Notes: generated by a model from the letters alone, not told the origin. DNA of 64,000 nt from Nitrospirota bacterium (GCA_016208915.1 JACQXE010000051.1:619-64618); one strand, 5' to 3'. Counted from the stretch's first letter, positions 30,509 through 44,279 are shown. Program-made: numbers and translations.

Positions 30509-30612
30509 ATTCTACTCTTCAGTCCCGTATCTCTGCCTTTCCAAACTTCCTGTTATCCGCACATTTAGAATCTGCTATAATTTTCAATAGTACAGATAAA
30601 AGAGAGGGAAAT

Positions 30613-30840
30613 ATGGCAGAAAGGAATAATAAACTTGATGAAATATCAAATCAACTTAACGAAAATATATTAGCCGTAAAGGGAACATTAGAACTCATAG
30701 ATACCTCAGTTACAGAAGACGAACTGCAAGAACTTTTGCATAAGGCAATTGAAAGGATGGACGTGATTCAGGGACTATCTAACAATATGCTTGCTGTTTT
30801 AAAAAATTGCTTTGACAAATTAGGTGAGACTAAGAAATGA
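30613..30840 (+). CDS. Small helical hypothetical protein
   Basis: RBS-like GAGGG, 75 aa amphipathic helices. Confidence 0.55.
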   Translation: MAERNNKLDEISNQLNENILAVKGTLELIDTSVTEDELQELLHKAIERMDVIQGLSNNMLAVLKNCFDKLGETKK

Positions 30841-30968
30841 CAAGTGCCGCAGTTGAATGTTGCAGTAGTTAAAATATAATGTTAGCCTGCAAATTTCTCC
30901 TGTTACTCTTTATTTTGGGATATCTCTAAAATTGCTGACAAATAGGTGTAATGACCGATTTTGCTTTA

Positions 30969-32771
30969 TTACTCCACCGGCATGTCGGTCTTGATATGTA
31001 GTTCTTTGAGTTGTTTCGGTTCAACTGTTGATGGAGCTCCTGACATCATACAGAATGCTTTTTGGGTCTTCGGGAAGGCAATTACATCTCTGATTGACGT
31101 TGCTCCAACCATTATCATCACAAGCCTGTCAAGGCCAAGTGCCAATCCGCCATGCGGAGGCGCGCCATACTGAAGCGCATCGAGCAGGAATCCGAATTTC
31201 ATCCTTGCCTCTTCATCAGGCATATTCAGAACCTCGAACATCTTCTTCTGGACATCCTGCCTATGTATACGAATGCTTCCTCCGCCTATTTCATATCCAT
31301 TAAGGACAATATCATATGCCTTTGCTCTTAAACCAGTGAACAGTGAACGGTGAACAGTGAACAGTTCCGGATCTGACAGATTCAATGAAAGCATCTTCTC
31401 CATATCCTCATTCATTGGTGATGTGAATGGATGGTGCATTGCCTGAAATCTTGCTTCTTCTTCATCCCATTCAAGAAGAGGAAAATCGAGTATCCATGCA
31501 AACTTGTATCCGGGCTGAATGAGTTTTAATCTTTTGCCGAGTTCTAATCTTAGTCGGCTCAGGATGTCGTAAGTCACTTTTGGCTTATCAGCAATAAAGA
31601 GCATAATGTCACCTTCTTCTGCTTCAAGCCTTTGAGCCATCTGTCTTAAAACATCCTCAGGGAAGAACTTTGACATTGGTGATTCAAAACCATTTTTGAC
31701 CTTTATCCATGCAAGGCCTTTTGCGCCGAATAACTGCGCCTCTGCTGTGAGCATGTCTATGTCTTTCCTTGAAAGCCCTGCCATTCCTTTTCCAGTGATT
31801 GCCTTAACCATCCCGCCTGATTGGAGTGCATCGAGGAACACCTTGAATGTGCCTTTTGAAGCGAGATCTGCCATGTCTTTAAGTTCAAGCCCGAATCTTA
31901 AATCTGGTTTGTCATTGCCGAATCTCTCCATTGATTCATGATAGCTTAATCTTTGGAATGGAATTTCTATCTCTGTGCCGAGCACTTCCTTGAAGAGCTT
32001 TCGCATCATCCCTTCTATAAGTGAGAGGATATCCTCCTTGTCAATAAAAGACATCTCTAAATCAACCTGTGTAAATTCAGGCTGCCTGTCTGCGCGGAGG
32101 TCTTCATCACGGAAGCATTTTACGATCTGAAAATATTTTTCTAAACCTGAAACCATCAGTATCTGCTTGAAAAGCTGTGGTGATTGTGGAAGCGCATAGA
32201 AATGTCCAGGATTCAGACGGCTTGGGACAAGATAATCCCTTGCTCCTTCAGGAGTTGATTTTGTGAGCATTGGCGTTTCGATCTCGAGGAATCCCCTCTC
32301 ATCAAAGTAGTCCCTTACGACCTTCGTGATTTTATGACGCATGATTAAATTCTGCTGCATCTCAGGTCTTCTCAGATCAAGATACCTGTGCTTTAATCTC
32401 AGCACCTCCCCTGCATCAGCAGCCTCCTCCATGTTATACGGAAGTGGCGATGCCTCATTCAGGACTTCGAGTTTCTGAACATACATCTCTACCATTCCTG
32501 TTGGGATTGAGGTATTTTCTGTGCCTTCAGGTCTTTTTCTGATTTCACCTGATACAGCGATGACATACTCTGCCCTCAGGTCATGCGCCATAGAATGCGC
32601 ATCACCTGCAATATCAGGGCTGAATACAACCTGACACAGGCCGCTCCTGTCTCTGAGATCTATGAATATAAGTCCGCCGTGGTCTCTTCGCCTAAATATC
32701 CATCCAGCAAGATTTAGACTTGAGCCAATGTCAGATTCTTTTAGTTCACCACACCCTTTATCTCTTTTCAT
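30969..32771 (-). CDS. aspS: Aspartate--tRNA ligase (likely non-discriminating Asp/Asn)
   Basis: [29 protein letters not shown]. Confidence 0.97.
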   Translation of the reverse strand: MKRDKGCGELKESDIGSSLNLAGWIFRRRDHGGLIFIDLRDRSGLCQVVFSPDIAGDAHSMAHDLRAEYVIAVSGEIRKRPEGTENTSIPTGMVEMYVQKLEVLNEASPLPYNMEEAADAGEVLRLKHRYLDLRRPEMQQNLIMRHKITKVVRDYFDERGFLEIETPMLTKSTPEGARDYLVPSRLNPGHFYALPQSPQLFKQILMVSGLEKYFQIVKCFRDEDLRADRQPEFTQVDLEMSFIDKEDILSLIEGMMRKLFKEVLGTEIEIPFQRLSYHESMERFGNDKPDLRFGLELKDMADLASKGTFKVFLDALQSGGMVKAITGKGMAGLSRKDIDMLTAEAQLFGAKGLAWIKVKNGFESPMSKFFPEDVLRQMAQRLEAEEGDIMLFIADKPKVTYDILSRLRLELGKRLKLIQPGYKFAWILDFPLLEWDEEEARFQAMHHPFTSPMNEDMEKMLSLNLSDPELFTVHRSLFTGLRAKAYDIVLNGYEIGGGSIRIHRQDVQKKMFEVLNMPDEEARMKFGFLLDALQYGAPPHGGLALGLDRLVMIMVGATSIRDVIAFPKTQKAFCMMSGAPSTVEPKQLKELHIKTDMPVE

Positions 32772-33486
32772 TGGATACTTCTTTCTTTATCTTTTTAACC
32801 TCATCAGGAGTGAGATATCTTATTTCTCCTGGTGGAAGCTTTCCAATATTGATCCCGTTAATTCTCACGCGTTGTAGCTTTATGACAGAGTGCCCGACCT
32901 TTTCGAGCATTCTCCTTATCTGCCTTTTCCTTCCTTCATAAATCGTGATCTCAATCCAAGAGTTCTCCTCTGCTTTGCGGAGCTTTTTAACTTTAGCAGG
33001 AGCGGTCATGCCATCCTCCAGTTTAACGCCTCTTTGCAATTTTTCTATCTGAGAGTCATCTAAAAAACCTTTTATTTTAACATGATACGTCTTGGAAATC
33101 TTCTTTGAGGGATGAAGAATTGCATGTGCAAAATCGCCGTCATTTGTTAGAAGGAGAAGACCTTCTGAATCATAGTCAAGCCTTCCAACAGGAAAAACCC
33201 TGTAGTTTATTCTTTTCAGAAATTCTCTTACAGTTGGTCTTTCTTCAGATTTGGAAAGGGTAGTGATTACACCCCTCGGTTTGTTCATCATAAGGTATAC
33301 CTTAGGCTCTGGTTTTGTGAGGAGTTTCCCGTCTAACTTTATATGGTCTTTTGTGATATCAGCCTTCATGCCGAGAATTGCCACCTGCCCATTCACAGTG
33401 ACCCTTCTTTCGAGGATGATATCTTCTGCAGCACGGCGTGATGCAATCCCCATTTTTGCAAGTATCTTCTGAAGCCTTTCTTCCAT
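32758..33486 (-). CDS. rluB: rRNA pseudouridine synthase RluB/RsuA family
   Basis: ERLQKILA S4 domain, [17 protein letters not shown]. Confidence 0.9.
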   Translation of the reverse strand: MEERLQKILAKMGIASRRAAEDIILERRVTVNGQVAILGMKADITKDHIKLDGKLLTKPEPKVYLMMNKPRGVITTLSKSEERPTVREFLKRINYRVFPVGRLDYDSEGLLLLTNDGDFAHAILHPSKKISKTYHVKIKGFLDDSQIEKLQRGVKLEDGMTAPAKVKKLRKAEENSWIEITIYEGRKRQIRRMLEKVGHSVIKLQRVRINGINIGKLPPGEIRYLTPDEVKKIKKEVSNEKR

Positions 33487-33615
33487 AGTGTATAATGATA
33501 ACACAAAAACATCAGTTTCTATTTAAAATGTCTGTAAATTAGTATATATTTATATCAAATCTCGAATCTGAAGTTTAGAAGTTAAATTGAACAAGAGAAC
33601 AGAAAGAATTATCCA

Positions 33616-35840
<2,225 letters not shown>

Positions 35841-35857
35841 TTGAAAAGGAATTTATT

Positions 35858-36208
35858 ATGCATATTGATAGTTACAGCTTCGGGAAGATAGTCATAAATA
35901 GCAAGACCTACACCTCTGATGTAATCATGTATCCTGGAAGGGTTGATTCTTCGTGGTGGCGTAAGGAAGGGCATTATCTTCAGACGGTTGATTTGGAAGA
36001 CGTAATAAATGCAAAACCAGATATTTTGATAATCGGCACGGGGCATGATGGCGTCATGAGGGTGCCTGATGAAACACTGAAGCTTATTAAATCAAAAGGC
36101 ATCAATGTTTATATTGATATAACCGGCAGGGCAGTGGAAGAATTTAATAGATTGCAAACTGAAAAGCCTGAAAAAGTTATAATTGCAGCGCTGCATTTGA
36201 CATGCTGA
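35858..36208 (+). CDS. Mth938-like domain protein
   Basis: IDSYSFG, IIGTG, AALHLTC. Confidence 0.85.
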   Translation: MHIDSYSFGKIVINSKTYTSDVIMYPGRVDSSWWRKEGHYLQTVDLEDVINAKPDILIIGTGHDGVMRVPDETLKLIKSKGINVYIDITGRAVEEFNRLQTEKPEKVIIAALHLTC

Positions 36209-36312
36209 GAAAAACAATACTCTGGTATATCGTTCTCAAAAGGTTTGAAATGCGACAGAATATACAAGCAGATTTCGAATCCTTATTCGAAAAAATATGA
36301 AATGTGGTTTGA

Positions 36313-36400
36313 ACCTTCGACTAAAGTCTCCGGTTACATAGGATTTGGAATGTCTGTTAGCCAAGGCTTCTCCGCCTCTGCGGATTCGCTGAGGCGAAAA
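36313..36400. repeat. Cluster of short REP-like palindromes
   Basis: CCTTCGACTAAAGTCTCCGG and TCCGCCTCTGCGGATTCGCTGAGGCG, the latter related to 23808-23835. Confidence 0.5.
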
Positions 36401-36456
36401 GGTGTCGCTTCAAAACTTTTTCGCCCGACATACCAGAGTATTACAACTAAAATTAC

Positions 36457-37095
36457 ATGAAAAACAAAAAACTCATTGAGATTTACAAAAGATTATATAA
36501 ATCCTTTGGTCCTCAGCACTGGTGGCCGGGTGATACTCCTTTTGAGGTGGCTGTGGGTGCGATACTTACCCAGAACACGAACTGGGGGAATGTTGAAAAG
36601 GCGATAAACAACCTCAAGAGAGAAAAACTTCTTAATGCAAAGGCAATCCATAAGATGCCTGTAAATAAACTGGCTTCACTCATAAGGCCTGCGGGTTATT
36701 TTAATGTGAAAGCAAAGCGTCTGAAATCATTTATTGATTTTCTTATGAACGATTACCATGGAAGCATGGGAAAAATGAGAAAGGGCGAGATGTATTCCCT
36801 GAGAGAAAAACTTTTAAGTGTGAATGGCATTGGCCCTGAGACAGCCGATTCAATCCTTCTCTTTGCGCTTGCTAAGCCCATCTTTGTGATAGATGCATAT
36901 ACCAAGAGAGTTCTTTCAAGGCATGATATACTTGATCACGATGAATCTTATGATAAATTTCAGGAACTTTTCCATTCATCTTTAAAAAAAGATGTTAAAC
37001 TCTTTAATGAGTATCATGCGCTTTTTGTTAGGGTTGGAAAAACTTTCTGTAAAACAAAACCGGTTTGTGGTGAATGTCCTTTGAATTCGATATGA
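36457..37095 (+). CDS. Endonuclease III-related HhH-GPD protein
   Basis: GPQHWWP, AILTQNTNW, GIGPETADSI, C-x4-PVC..CPL. Confidence 0.88.
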   Translation: MKNKKLIEIYKRLYKSFGPQHWWPGDTPFEVAVGAILTQNTNWGNVEKAINNLKREKLLNAKAIHKMPVNKLASLIRPAGYFNVKAKRLKSFIDFLMNDYHGSMGKMRKGEMYSLREKLLSVNGIGPETADSILLFALAKPIFVIDAYTKRVLSRHDILDHDESYDKFQELFHSSLKKDVKLFNEYHALFVRVGKTFCKTKPVCGECPLNSI

Positions 37096-37098
37096 CGG

Positions 37099-37214
37099 AC
37101 AGGCAAGGCATAACATCCTCGCTCATTCTCGGTCGTTCCAACCTCCGAGGTGAATTCTGTCCCGTCTTAAGGCTGGCAGAATTCAAAGCCGCTCAAATGT
37201 TATACCTTGCCTGT
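37099..37214 (-). repeat. Structured intergenic element, copy 2
   Basis: Same conserved core and nested stems. Confidence 0.8.
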
Positions 37215-37245
37215 TTTGTCTATAATAAAGAGTGTAGGATTTAGG

Positions 37246-38079
37246 ATGAAAACCTTATCTCTAGGTTACTCTCCATGCCCCAATGATACATTTATCTTCT
37301 ACGGTCTTGTGCATGCCAAGATAGATACAGACAATCTGCAATTCAAGGAAATCCTTCTTGATGTCGAGACTCTGAACCAGATGGCTGTTAAGGGCGAGCT
37401 CGATATCACAAAGGTCTCCTTTAATGCATTCGGAAATCTCAGGGACAAGTATTGCCTGTTACGCTCAGGCGGAGCATTGGGCAGGGGATGCGGGCCTCTT
37501 GTCGTATCTCTTAAAGGATATGAGATGAAAGATTTGAAAGGCAAGAAGATTGCTATTCCTGGAAGAATGACAACAGCATATCTTCTTCTTCAGTTATTCG
37601 ACCCTTCTTTTAAGGATAATGTAAAGATTATGGCATTCAGCGATATTATGGATGCTGTTAAAAAAGGCGAGGTTGATGCAGGGCTTGTCATCCATGAGAG
37701 CAGGTTTACTTATAGGTCCTATGGACTTAAGAAGGTTATAGACCTCGGTAAGTGGTGGGAAGAGGAAACAGGACTTCCTATCCCTTTAGGATGTATTCTT
37801 GCCAAGAGAACTCTCGGAACCGATTTGATACACAGAATAAGCAACCTGATAAAGAAGAGCGTTATCTTTGCAATGAGCAAGAGAAATGAGCCTAAAAAAT
37901 ACATTAAAAAGCATTCTCAGGAATTCAAGGATTCTGTTATAGATGCCCATATAAATCTTTATGTAAATGATTACACCGTAGATATCGGCGAGGACGGCGT
38001 TATGGCTGTAAGGCTGCTTTTTGATATGGCAGAGAAAAAGGGAATAATTAAAAAATCATCAACTCCGATATTTATTTAG
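37246..38079 (+). CDS. mqnD: 1,4-dihydroxy-6-naphthoate synthase
   Basis: GYSPCPNDTFIF, GALGRGCGP, IHESRFTY, HINLYVN. Confidence 0.93.
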   Translation: MKTLSLGYSPCPNDTFIFYGLVHAKIDTDNLQFKEILLDVETLNQMAVKGELDITKVSFNAFGNLRDKYCLLRSGGALGRGCGPLVVSLKGYEMKDLKGKKIAIPGRMTTAYLLLQLFDPSFKDNVKIMAFSDIMDAVKKGEVDAGLVIHESRFTYRSYGLKKVIDLGKWWEEETGLPIPLGCILAKRTLGTDLIHRISNLIKKSVIFAMSKRNEPKKYIKKHSQEFKDSVIDAHINLYVNDYTVDIGEDGVMAVRLLFDMAEKKGIIKKSSTPIFI

Positions 38080-38104
38080 CTTTTTTCAATGAAAAGTTTA
38101 AATA

Positions 38105-38295
38105 TGAGAGGGAGCTTTCTTTTTGCTCATTCCCTGCCTGCCGCCTGCCTGCCGGTAGGCAGGGCCGGCAGGTCGGCCTTTCGGCCTGCGAGGTTTTTGC
38201 CTTACCCCCCCTAAAATCCCCCCTTGATAAGGGGGGACTAAGGGGGGGTGTTGAACTATCGGCAAAAAAATCCGCTCAAAGAAAGCTCCCTCTCA
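38105..38295 (-). repeat. Structured intergenic element, copy 3, with nested palindromes
   Basis: Perfect outer stem; nested CCTGCCTGCCGGTAGGCAGG and CCCCCCTT..AAGGGGGG. Confidence 0.8.
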
Positions 38296-38316
38296 AAAAA
38301 ACAATAATAATTGCCA

Positions 38317-39345
38317 ATGCGCCGAATCCTTCACATAGACATGGATGCTTTTTTTGCTGCTGTTGAGCGGAAGCGGCATCCTGAACTGGCAGGCAAACCT
38401 GTTGTAATAGGCGGGAGTGGAGACCCCAGAGAAAGGGGTGTTGTCTCAACAGCGTCTTATGAAGCGAGAAAATTCGGTATCCGTTCTGCAATGCCTCTGA
38501 GGACTGCGTACAAACTCTGCCCGGAAGCAATTTTTCTTTCTGTGGATTATGAGGAATATTCAAGGGTTTCGGGAGAGGTCAAGAATATTCTCAGGGAGTT
38601 CAGCCCGGTGATGGAAGATGTGGGTATTGATGAGGCATTTCTTGATATTTCAGAGAGACCTGAACTGTCGGAGGATATAGGAAGAAAGCTAAAAGACGTG
38701 ATAAAAAATAAACTTGATCTTACCTGCTCAGTAGGTGTTGCACCGAACAAGCTGCTTGCAAAGATTGCATCTGAAATGCAGAAGCCTGACGGTCTTACTA
38801 TAATCACTGAAGGGGATATGGAAAAACTTGTCTGGCCATTACATGTAAGAAAGCTCTGGGGAGTTGGTCCTAAAACAGAGATGCATCTTAAAGGTATCGG
38901 CATAAAAACGATAGGTGAGCTTGCAGCAGTGCCGATTGAAAGATTAAAAGAACAGTTTGGAAATTCTTATGGAAATTATCTCTATGAAGCGTCAAGAGGC
39001 ATTGATGAAACTCCGCTCATAACCCACTGGGAGCCTAAGTCATCAAGCAGGGAAATCACATTCCAGAGGGATACAAATGACTGGCAGACGATTGCAAGGA
39101 CACTCGCAGATCTTACAAAGAAAGTTGCCGATGATATGAGGCATTCGGGTTATCTGTGCAGGACAGTTACAGTTAAGATAAGATTTGAAGATTTTACGAC
39201 CTATACGAGGGCAAAGACATTGTCCGAATTCACAGACTCAACAGAGGTGATAAGAAAAGCAGCCTTTGAGGCATTAGGTAGGTTCGAATTAAAAAACAAG
39301 GTAAGGCTGATTGGGGCCAGGGTCAGTAATTTTAAGAAAGTTTAA
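38317..39345 (+). CDS. dinB: DNA polymerase IV
   Basis: HIDMDAFFA, SYEARKFG, IDEAFLD, KPDG. Confidence 0.95.
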   Translation: MRRILHIDMDAFFAAVERKRHPELAGKPVVIGGSGDPRERGVVSTASYEARKFGIRSAMPLRTAYKLCPEAIFLSVDYEEYSRVSGEVKNILREFSPVMEDVGIDEAFLDISERPELSEDIGRKLKDVIKNKLDLTCSVGVAPNKLLAKIASEMQKPDGLTIITEGDMEKLVWPLHVRKLWGVGPKTEMHLKGIGIKTIGELAAVPIERLKEQFGNSYGNYLYEASRGIDETPLITHWEPKSSSREITFQRDTNDWQTIARTLADLTKKVADDMRHSGYLCRTVTVKIRFEDFTTYTRAKTLSEFTDSTEVIRKAAFEALGRFELKNKVRLIGARVSNFKKV

Positions 39346-39448
39346 TTCTGATTTTCGTGTTGCTGAAATAAAAACAGTAAGCTATACTTTATAATTATTA
39401 ATTTTTGCTCGGGTATGTTGTCAAAATATTGAATTGGAGACCCAGACA

Positions 39449-40711
39449 ATGCCTTTCTTCGGTGAGCTTTTCGTAAGCGAGATTTTAAGAAAGCCGGTGC
39501 TCGATCCCAAGGGAGAAGAGATAGGCAAGGTTAAAGACCTGATTATCGTTAAGGGCGAGCCCTTGCCTAAGGTATCGAATCTGCTTATTGAAAGAAAGCG
39601 CAAGCTCTTTAATCTTTCATGGACAGAACTGAATATCTTTAATAAGAGAATAATCTCTGCAAATATTTACAGCGAAAATCTGCAACCTTATGAGTTTAGA
39701 GAGGATGCGCTCCTTCTGGTAAGAGATATCTTTGATAAACAGATAGTCGATGCAAACGGTGCAAAGGTGGTCAGGGTGAATGATGTAAAGCTTGAAGGGC
39801 TTAATACTGAGGCTGTGCTCATAGCCGTTGATGTTGGTATGAGAGGGATAATGAGAAGGCTGGGAGTTGAGAGAGGCGGCGAAGACCTTATGCGGCTGTT
39901 CAGATCACATCTGCCGTACAATCTTATAAGCTGGAATTATATCCAGCCGCTTGCGCCAAAGCTAACTGCTATTTCATTAACAGTGCCGAGGCAAATGGTT
40001 TCGGAACTGCACCCTGCGGATTTAGCAGCAATAATAAGCCAGGTCTCTCACAAGGAAGGCGCCACATTCTTTCAAGACCTTGATGTTGAGACAGCTGCAG
40101 AGGCCTTGTCTGAACTTGAGCCTGATACTCAGGCAGCGATAATAACAGGCATGGATACAGAAAAGGCTGCTGACATAATAGAAGAAATGCCTCCTGATGA
40201 GGCAGCTGATGTAATAAGCGACCTGTCTGTAGAAAAGGCTCAGGAAATTTTGGAAAGCCTTGAGAAGGAAGACGCCGAGGACATACAAGAACTGTTAGGT
40301 CATGAAGAGGATTCTGCAGGTGGTGTTATGACAAATGAGTTCATAGCATACAGGCCTGAGATAACTGTAAAAGAGGCTATTGATAAGTTCAGACAGGATG
40401 CAGAAGAGGTAGAGACGGTCTATTATATATATGTCACAGACGATGAAGAGAAACTCAGGGGAGTCGTCTCTCTAAGGGATATTCTGCTTGCATCGCCTGT
40501 TACGAAACTCTCGGATATAATGGAAACCAAGCTAAAGACAGTTGCTCCGGAGACTGATGAGATGCAGGTTGCAGGGATTATTTCAAAATATAATCTTGTT
40601 GCCATTCCTGTCATTGACAGCGAGGGATATATGCTCGGTATAGTAACAATTGATGATATCATAGACAGAATTCTGCCGCCGGCAGCAAAACGCAAGAGGA
40701 GGAAGGTGTGA
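39449..40711 (+). CDS. PRC-barrel / MgtE N-domain / CBS protein
   Basis: LHPADLA, MPPDEAAD, SAGGVMT, CBS pair; no TM domain. Confidence 0.85.
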   Translation: MPFFGELFVSEILRKPVLDPKGEEIGKVKDLIIVKGEPLPKVSNLLIERKRKLFNLSWTELNIFNKRIISANIYSENLQPYEFREDALLLVRDIFDKQIVDANGAKVVRVNDVKLEGLNTEAVLIAVDVGMRGIMRRLGVERGGEDLMRLFRSHLPYNLISWNYIQPLAPKLTAISLTVPRQMVSELHPADLAAIISQVSHKEGATFFQDLDVETAAEALSELEPDTQAAIITGMDTEKAADIIEEMPPDEAADVISDLSVEKAQEILESLEKEDAEDIQELLGHEEDSAGGVMTNEFIAYRPEITVKEAIDKFRQDAEEVETVYYIYVTDDEEKLRGVVSLRDILLASPVTKLSDIMETKLKTVAPETDEMQVAGIISKYNLVAIPVIDSEGYMLGIVTIDDIIDRILPPAAKRKRRKV

Positions 40712-41949
40712 GGCTGTACAGAAAAATAGCCTTATTTATTGCCGTTATGGGGCCGGGTATAATTACCGCCAACATAGATAATGACGCGAGCGGCATAACA
40801 ACCTATTCTGTCGCAGGGGCAAGATTTGGATACGCGCTTCTCTGGACACTTATCCCCACAACAATAGCGCTTGTTGTCATACAAGAGATGGTGGCAAGAA
40901 TGGGTGTTGTCACAGGCAAGGGTCTTTCAGACCTGATAAGGGAAAATTATGGTGTGAGGTCAACATTCTATATGATGCTGGGTCTTCTTGTCGCAAATTT
41001 TGGAAATACAATTGCAAATCTTGCAGGGTGGGCAGCGAGTATGGAGATATTCGGCTTGAGCAAATATGTTATGGTGCCTGTTGGCGCAATCGGCATATGG
41101 ATATTAGTGACTAAGGGAAGCTACAGGTTTGTTGAAAGGATACTTTTGTTCGCCTGTCTCCTTTATTTCGGATATGTGCTCTCGGGGTTTTTAGCAAAAC
41201 CTGACTGGATGCCTGTTTTTAAGAGTACTATCACTCCGCAGATAAAATGGAACTCTGAATATATAATGCTCAGCATAGCGATAATCGGGACGACAATAAC
41301 ACCATGGATGCAGTTTTATCTCCAGTCTTCAATAGCAGAGAAGGGCATAAGAAAAGAGGAATATAAGGCCTCGAGACTTGATGTGATTATTGGATGTTCA
41401 ATAACGGATATAATCGCATTTTTTATTATGGTTACATGTGCTGTCACCCTTTTCCCTGCCGGGATAAGGATAAACGAGGCATCAGAGGCAGCTATTGCCC
41501 TCAAACCATTGGCTGGAGAGTATGCATCATTTATCTTCGCCCTATGCCTTGCAAACGGTTCACTTTTAGGAGCGATAATAGTGCCATTGGCAACTGCCTA
41601 TTATATCTGCGAGGCAATGGGATGGGAAGCAGGGGTTAATAAGACATTTAAAGAGGCGCCTCAGTTTATGTGGATATATACGTTGACAATAGCGCTGGCA
41701 TCATTTGTGATCTTAATACCCGGAGCGCCGCTGGTTTTTTTAATGGTTTTGTCAGCTGTGATTAATGGACTGTTGCTGCCATTCGTTCTTGTTTATGCCT
41801 TATTGCTTGTCAATAATAAAAAATTAATGGGAGAATACACCAATCCAAAAAGTTACAATTACATTTCATGGGGAACAGTGGTAGTTATAATCGGGCTTAC
41901 AGCATTTCTGGTTTTTATAAATATTATTCCAGCAGGGGGAAAGATCTAA
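40708..41949 (+). CDS. Nramp-family divalent metal transporter
   Basis: GPGIITANIDNDASGI, GTTITPWMQF; coupled to the MgtE-N gene. Confidence 0.88.
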   Translation: MRLYRKIALFIAVMGPGIITANIDNDASGITTYSVAGARFGYALLWTLIPTTIALVVIQEMVARMGVVTGKGLSDLIRENYGVRSTFYMMLGLLVANFGNTIANLAGWAASMEIFGLSKYVMVPVGAIGIWILVTKGSYRFVERILLFACLLYFGYVLSGFLAKPDWMPVFKSTITPQIKWNSEYIMLSIAIIGTTITPWMQFYLQSSIAEKGIRKEEYKASRLDVIIGCSITDIIAFFIMVTCAVTLFPAGIRINEASEAAIALKPLAGEYASFIFALCLANGSLLGAIIVPLATAYYICEAMGWEAGVNKTFKEAPQFMWIYTLTIALASFVILIPGAPLVFLMVLSAVINGLLLPFVLVYALLLVNNKKLMGEYTNPKSYNYISWGTVVVIIGLTAFLVFINIIPAGGKI

Positions 41950-42046
41950 TTATCGTGGGTTTTAGCCTGTGATTTTAAGACAAAGAAATGGTAGAGAATT
42001 TCGATAAATTAGAACGTAGATAAGGGAAAAGAGAACCTCAGAACTA

Positions 42047-43303
42047 ATGAAACAGCGAGACCAGTTATTCAATAACAAACTAACACATACGTCTATCGTC
42101 AATGAAGTATTTGGAAAAGACTTGCTATTGCTTAACTCAGTTAATGAACTTTTTGAGCTTGAACTTGCATTGATAGAATCTCGTTCCTTGTCTCGTCAAG
42201 AATTATTATTACGTTCTGCTTTTTTTAAATCTGTCGATGGCAACTTAACAAACCACTATAAAATATGCCGACCATTTGATGGTCATATTCCCGATGATAG
42301 GTCTGCACAAACTCAAGCATATTTTCAAGAAGGGAAATATGCAACTGGTTACGCAACTCATGGACTCTTTCCATATCGTGGAAAGTTCCATCCACAGCTT
42401 ATCAAAGGTCTGCTCAATATCCTTGAGATTAAACGAGGAGATATTGTTCTTGACCCGATGTGTGGAAGTGGAACACTAAATGTTGAAGCTTCTTTATTAG
42501 GAATTGATTCTATCGGCGTGGATGTTAGCCCGTTTTGCCGACTATTGGCGAGGGTAAAATGTGAAAGTTTGTCCTTAACGCCTGAGTATGTTGAAGCGAT
42601 GTCAAACAATCCAGACAAATGGTTTAATTATTTTTCAACCGGCAATATATACGATAAATTAAGAAAGATCAGGGAACCCGAGAAGCTCAAAATTTATGAA
42701 CTGGTTTTATTAGCTTATCTTGATGCAATGGGCTATGCCCGTAGAGTTACCAAGGCGAGCCACAAAGAACTATTTGAAAAAGTTTTGAAACGCTATCAAG
42801 TTTCTGTTCTTCAAACAATTACAAATTCAGTCATAAAATCATCTCAGCGTGGAACTCCAAATATTTTGGCGGGCGATGCGCGCTGTCTGCCGCTTGATGA
42901 TTCAAGCATTGATTGTATTATCACTTCTCCACCGTATTCCTTCGCGATTGATTACGCAGAAAATGACGCCCCTCAACTTGCATTTCTTGGCTATAATGTT
43001 GATGAACTTCGCACTCAAATGATAGGGCTTGCCGGTAGAACTAAACAACAAAAACTACAGCGTTATTTTGATGACATGAAAACGGTTGCTCAAGAAATTG
43101 TCAGGGTGTTAAAATCTCAGAAGTTTGCTATTATAATCATAGGTTCAAACACAAATCAGACGGGAGGAATTCGTTTAGAGCAAACAATTATAGACCATTT
43201 TGATAATTTTAAGGCATCGCTTGTAAAAAGCATTATTAAGCCTATTAAAGGCATGAGAAATACTATGAAAGATGAATATATATTAATTTTCCAAAAAAAC
43301 TGA
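42047..43303 (+). CDS. DNA amino-methyltransferase, likely N4-cytosine
   Basis: HGLFPYRGKFHPQL, DPMCGSGT then TSPPY. Confidence 0.85.
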   Translation: MKQRDQLFNNKLTHTSIVNEVFGKDLLLLNSVNELFELELALIESRSLSRQELLLRSAFFKSVDGNLTNHYKICRPFDGHIPDDRSAQTQAYFQEGKYATGYATHGLFPYRGKFHPQLIKGLLNILEIKRGDIVLDPMCGSGTLNVEASLLGIDSIGVDVSPFCRLLARVKCESLSLTPEYVEAMSNNPDKWFNYFSTGNIYDKLRKIREPEKLKIYELVLLAYLDAMGYARRVTKASHKELFEKVLKRYQVSVLQTITNSVIKSSQRGTPNILAGDARCLPLDDSSIDCIITSPPYSFAIDYAENDAPQLAFLGYNVDELRTQMIGLAGRTKQQKLQRYFDDMKTVAQEIVRVLKSQKFAIIIIGSNTNQTGGIRLEQTIIDHFDNFKASLVKSIIKPIKGMRNTMKDEYILIFQKN

Positions 43304-44279
43304 TGAGAACCAACGAAGAAAAATTTACTACCGTTATACAAAAGAACACTTTCTATTTTTTCAATCCCGATTTTGAGCAACGCTATGAAGTTCAAAATCT
43401 GAATGCCCTTAACAACCTCTTACAACTTGTTCAAACTAAAGTTCAGCAAGAAGGTGTTAAAAAAATGAGTTTTTTGAAGAGTTGCTGTTACATCCTAATG
43501 GGTTGAAGGCGCTTTTAGCCCTCAATGGTTTTTCAAATGAAAGCCTAAAGAGATTAACCACATTTCTCAGAATTATTGATGATGCAGTGTTAGACACATT
43601 GACATTTAAATCCCACTGGCTTAAATCCGAAAATCGTGAGGAAATCAAAGAATGGTCTGATGCAACGATTGAAAAACTCGTTAGGGACAATCAATATTTT
43701 CGTAAGGGGCTGGTAAACCTATTCTTTGAGGGAGCTTCTAATCCTCTTTTAGGACGTGTGCTCCCGCCATTTGAACTCCGAAAGCTGAGTATTGATAAAC
43801 TCAGCTTTCGACCGGAACCAATGATTGATACTCTCGTGCGATATAAGGAAAAAGGATCGTATTCCGGTTTAAAAGAGAACAACCCTGAAACAGTCATTGA
43901 GAAGATTCTGAAGAACCTCGGCCTAAAGTATACGAGCGGTGATTTACAAAGATTAGTTGGTGTCGTTGATGATAAAAAAAGAACAATGGATTTTATCATC
44001 CCTGATCAAACCAATGCAAAAATTATTGCGGAGAGTTCTTTTTTGGTAACTACTTCCTCCGGTCAAGGTGATAAGTCAAAAACAGAGATATCAATTCGTG
44101 ATTTAATTTCTGAGCATTATCCTCAAGCTAAGTTTATCGGTTTTGTTGATGGTATTGGTTGGTATGCAAGACAAAATGATCTTAAGCGTATGGTTTCTGC
44201 ATACGATGATGTATTTACTTTCCATCCTGACGAGCTTCAACGGTTCAATCAACTGCTTGTGGAGACTTTTGGACTATGA
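43303..44279 (+). pseudogene. Type II restriction endonuclease (PD-(D/E)XK-like), frameshifted at 43459-43475
   Basis: ORFs 43303-43506 and 43482-44279 join by a -1 shift; MDFIIP..AESS, FVDGIGW; lies between two methyltransferases. Confidence 0.7.

Noticed and set aside
36245-36460. 71-aa ORF
   Set aside because: TTG start, contains REP-like palindromes, no recognisable domain
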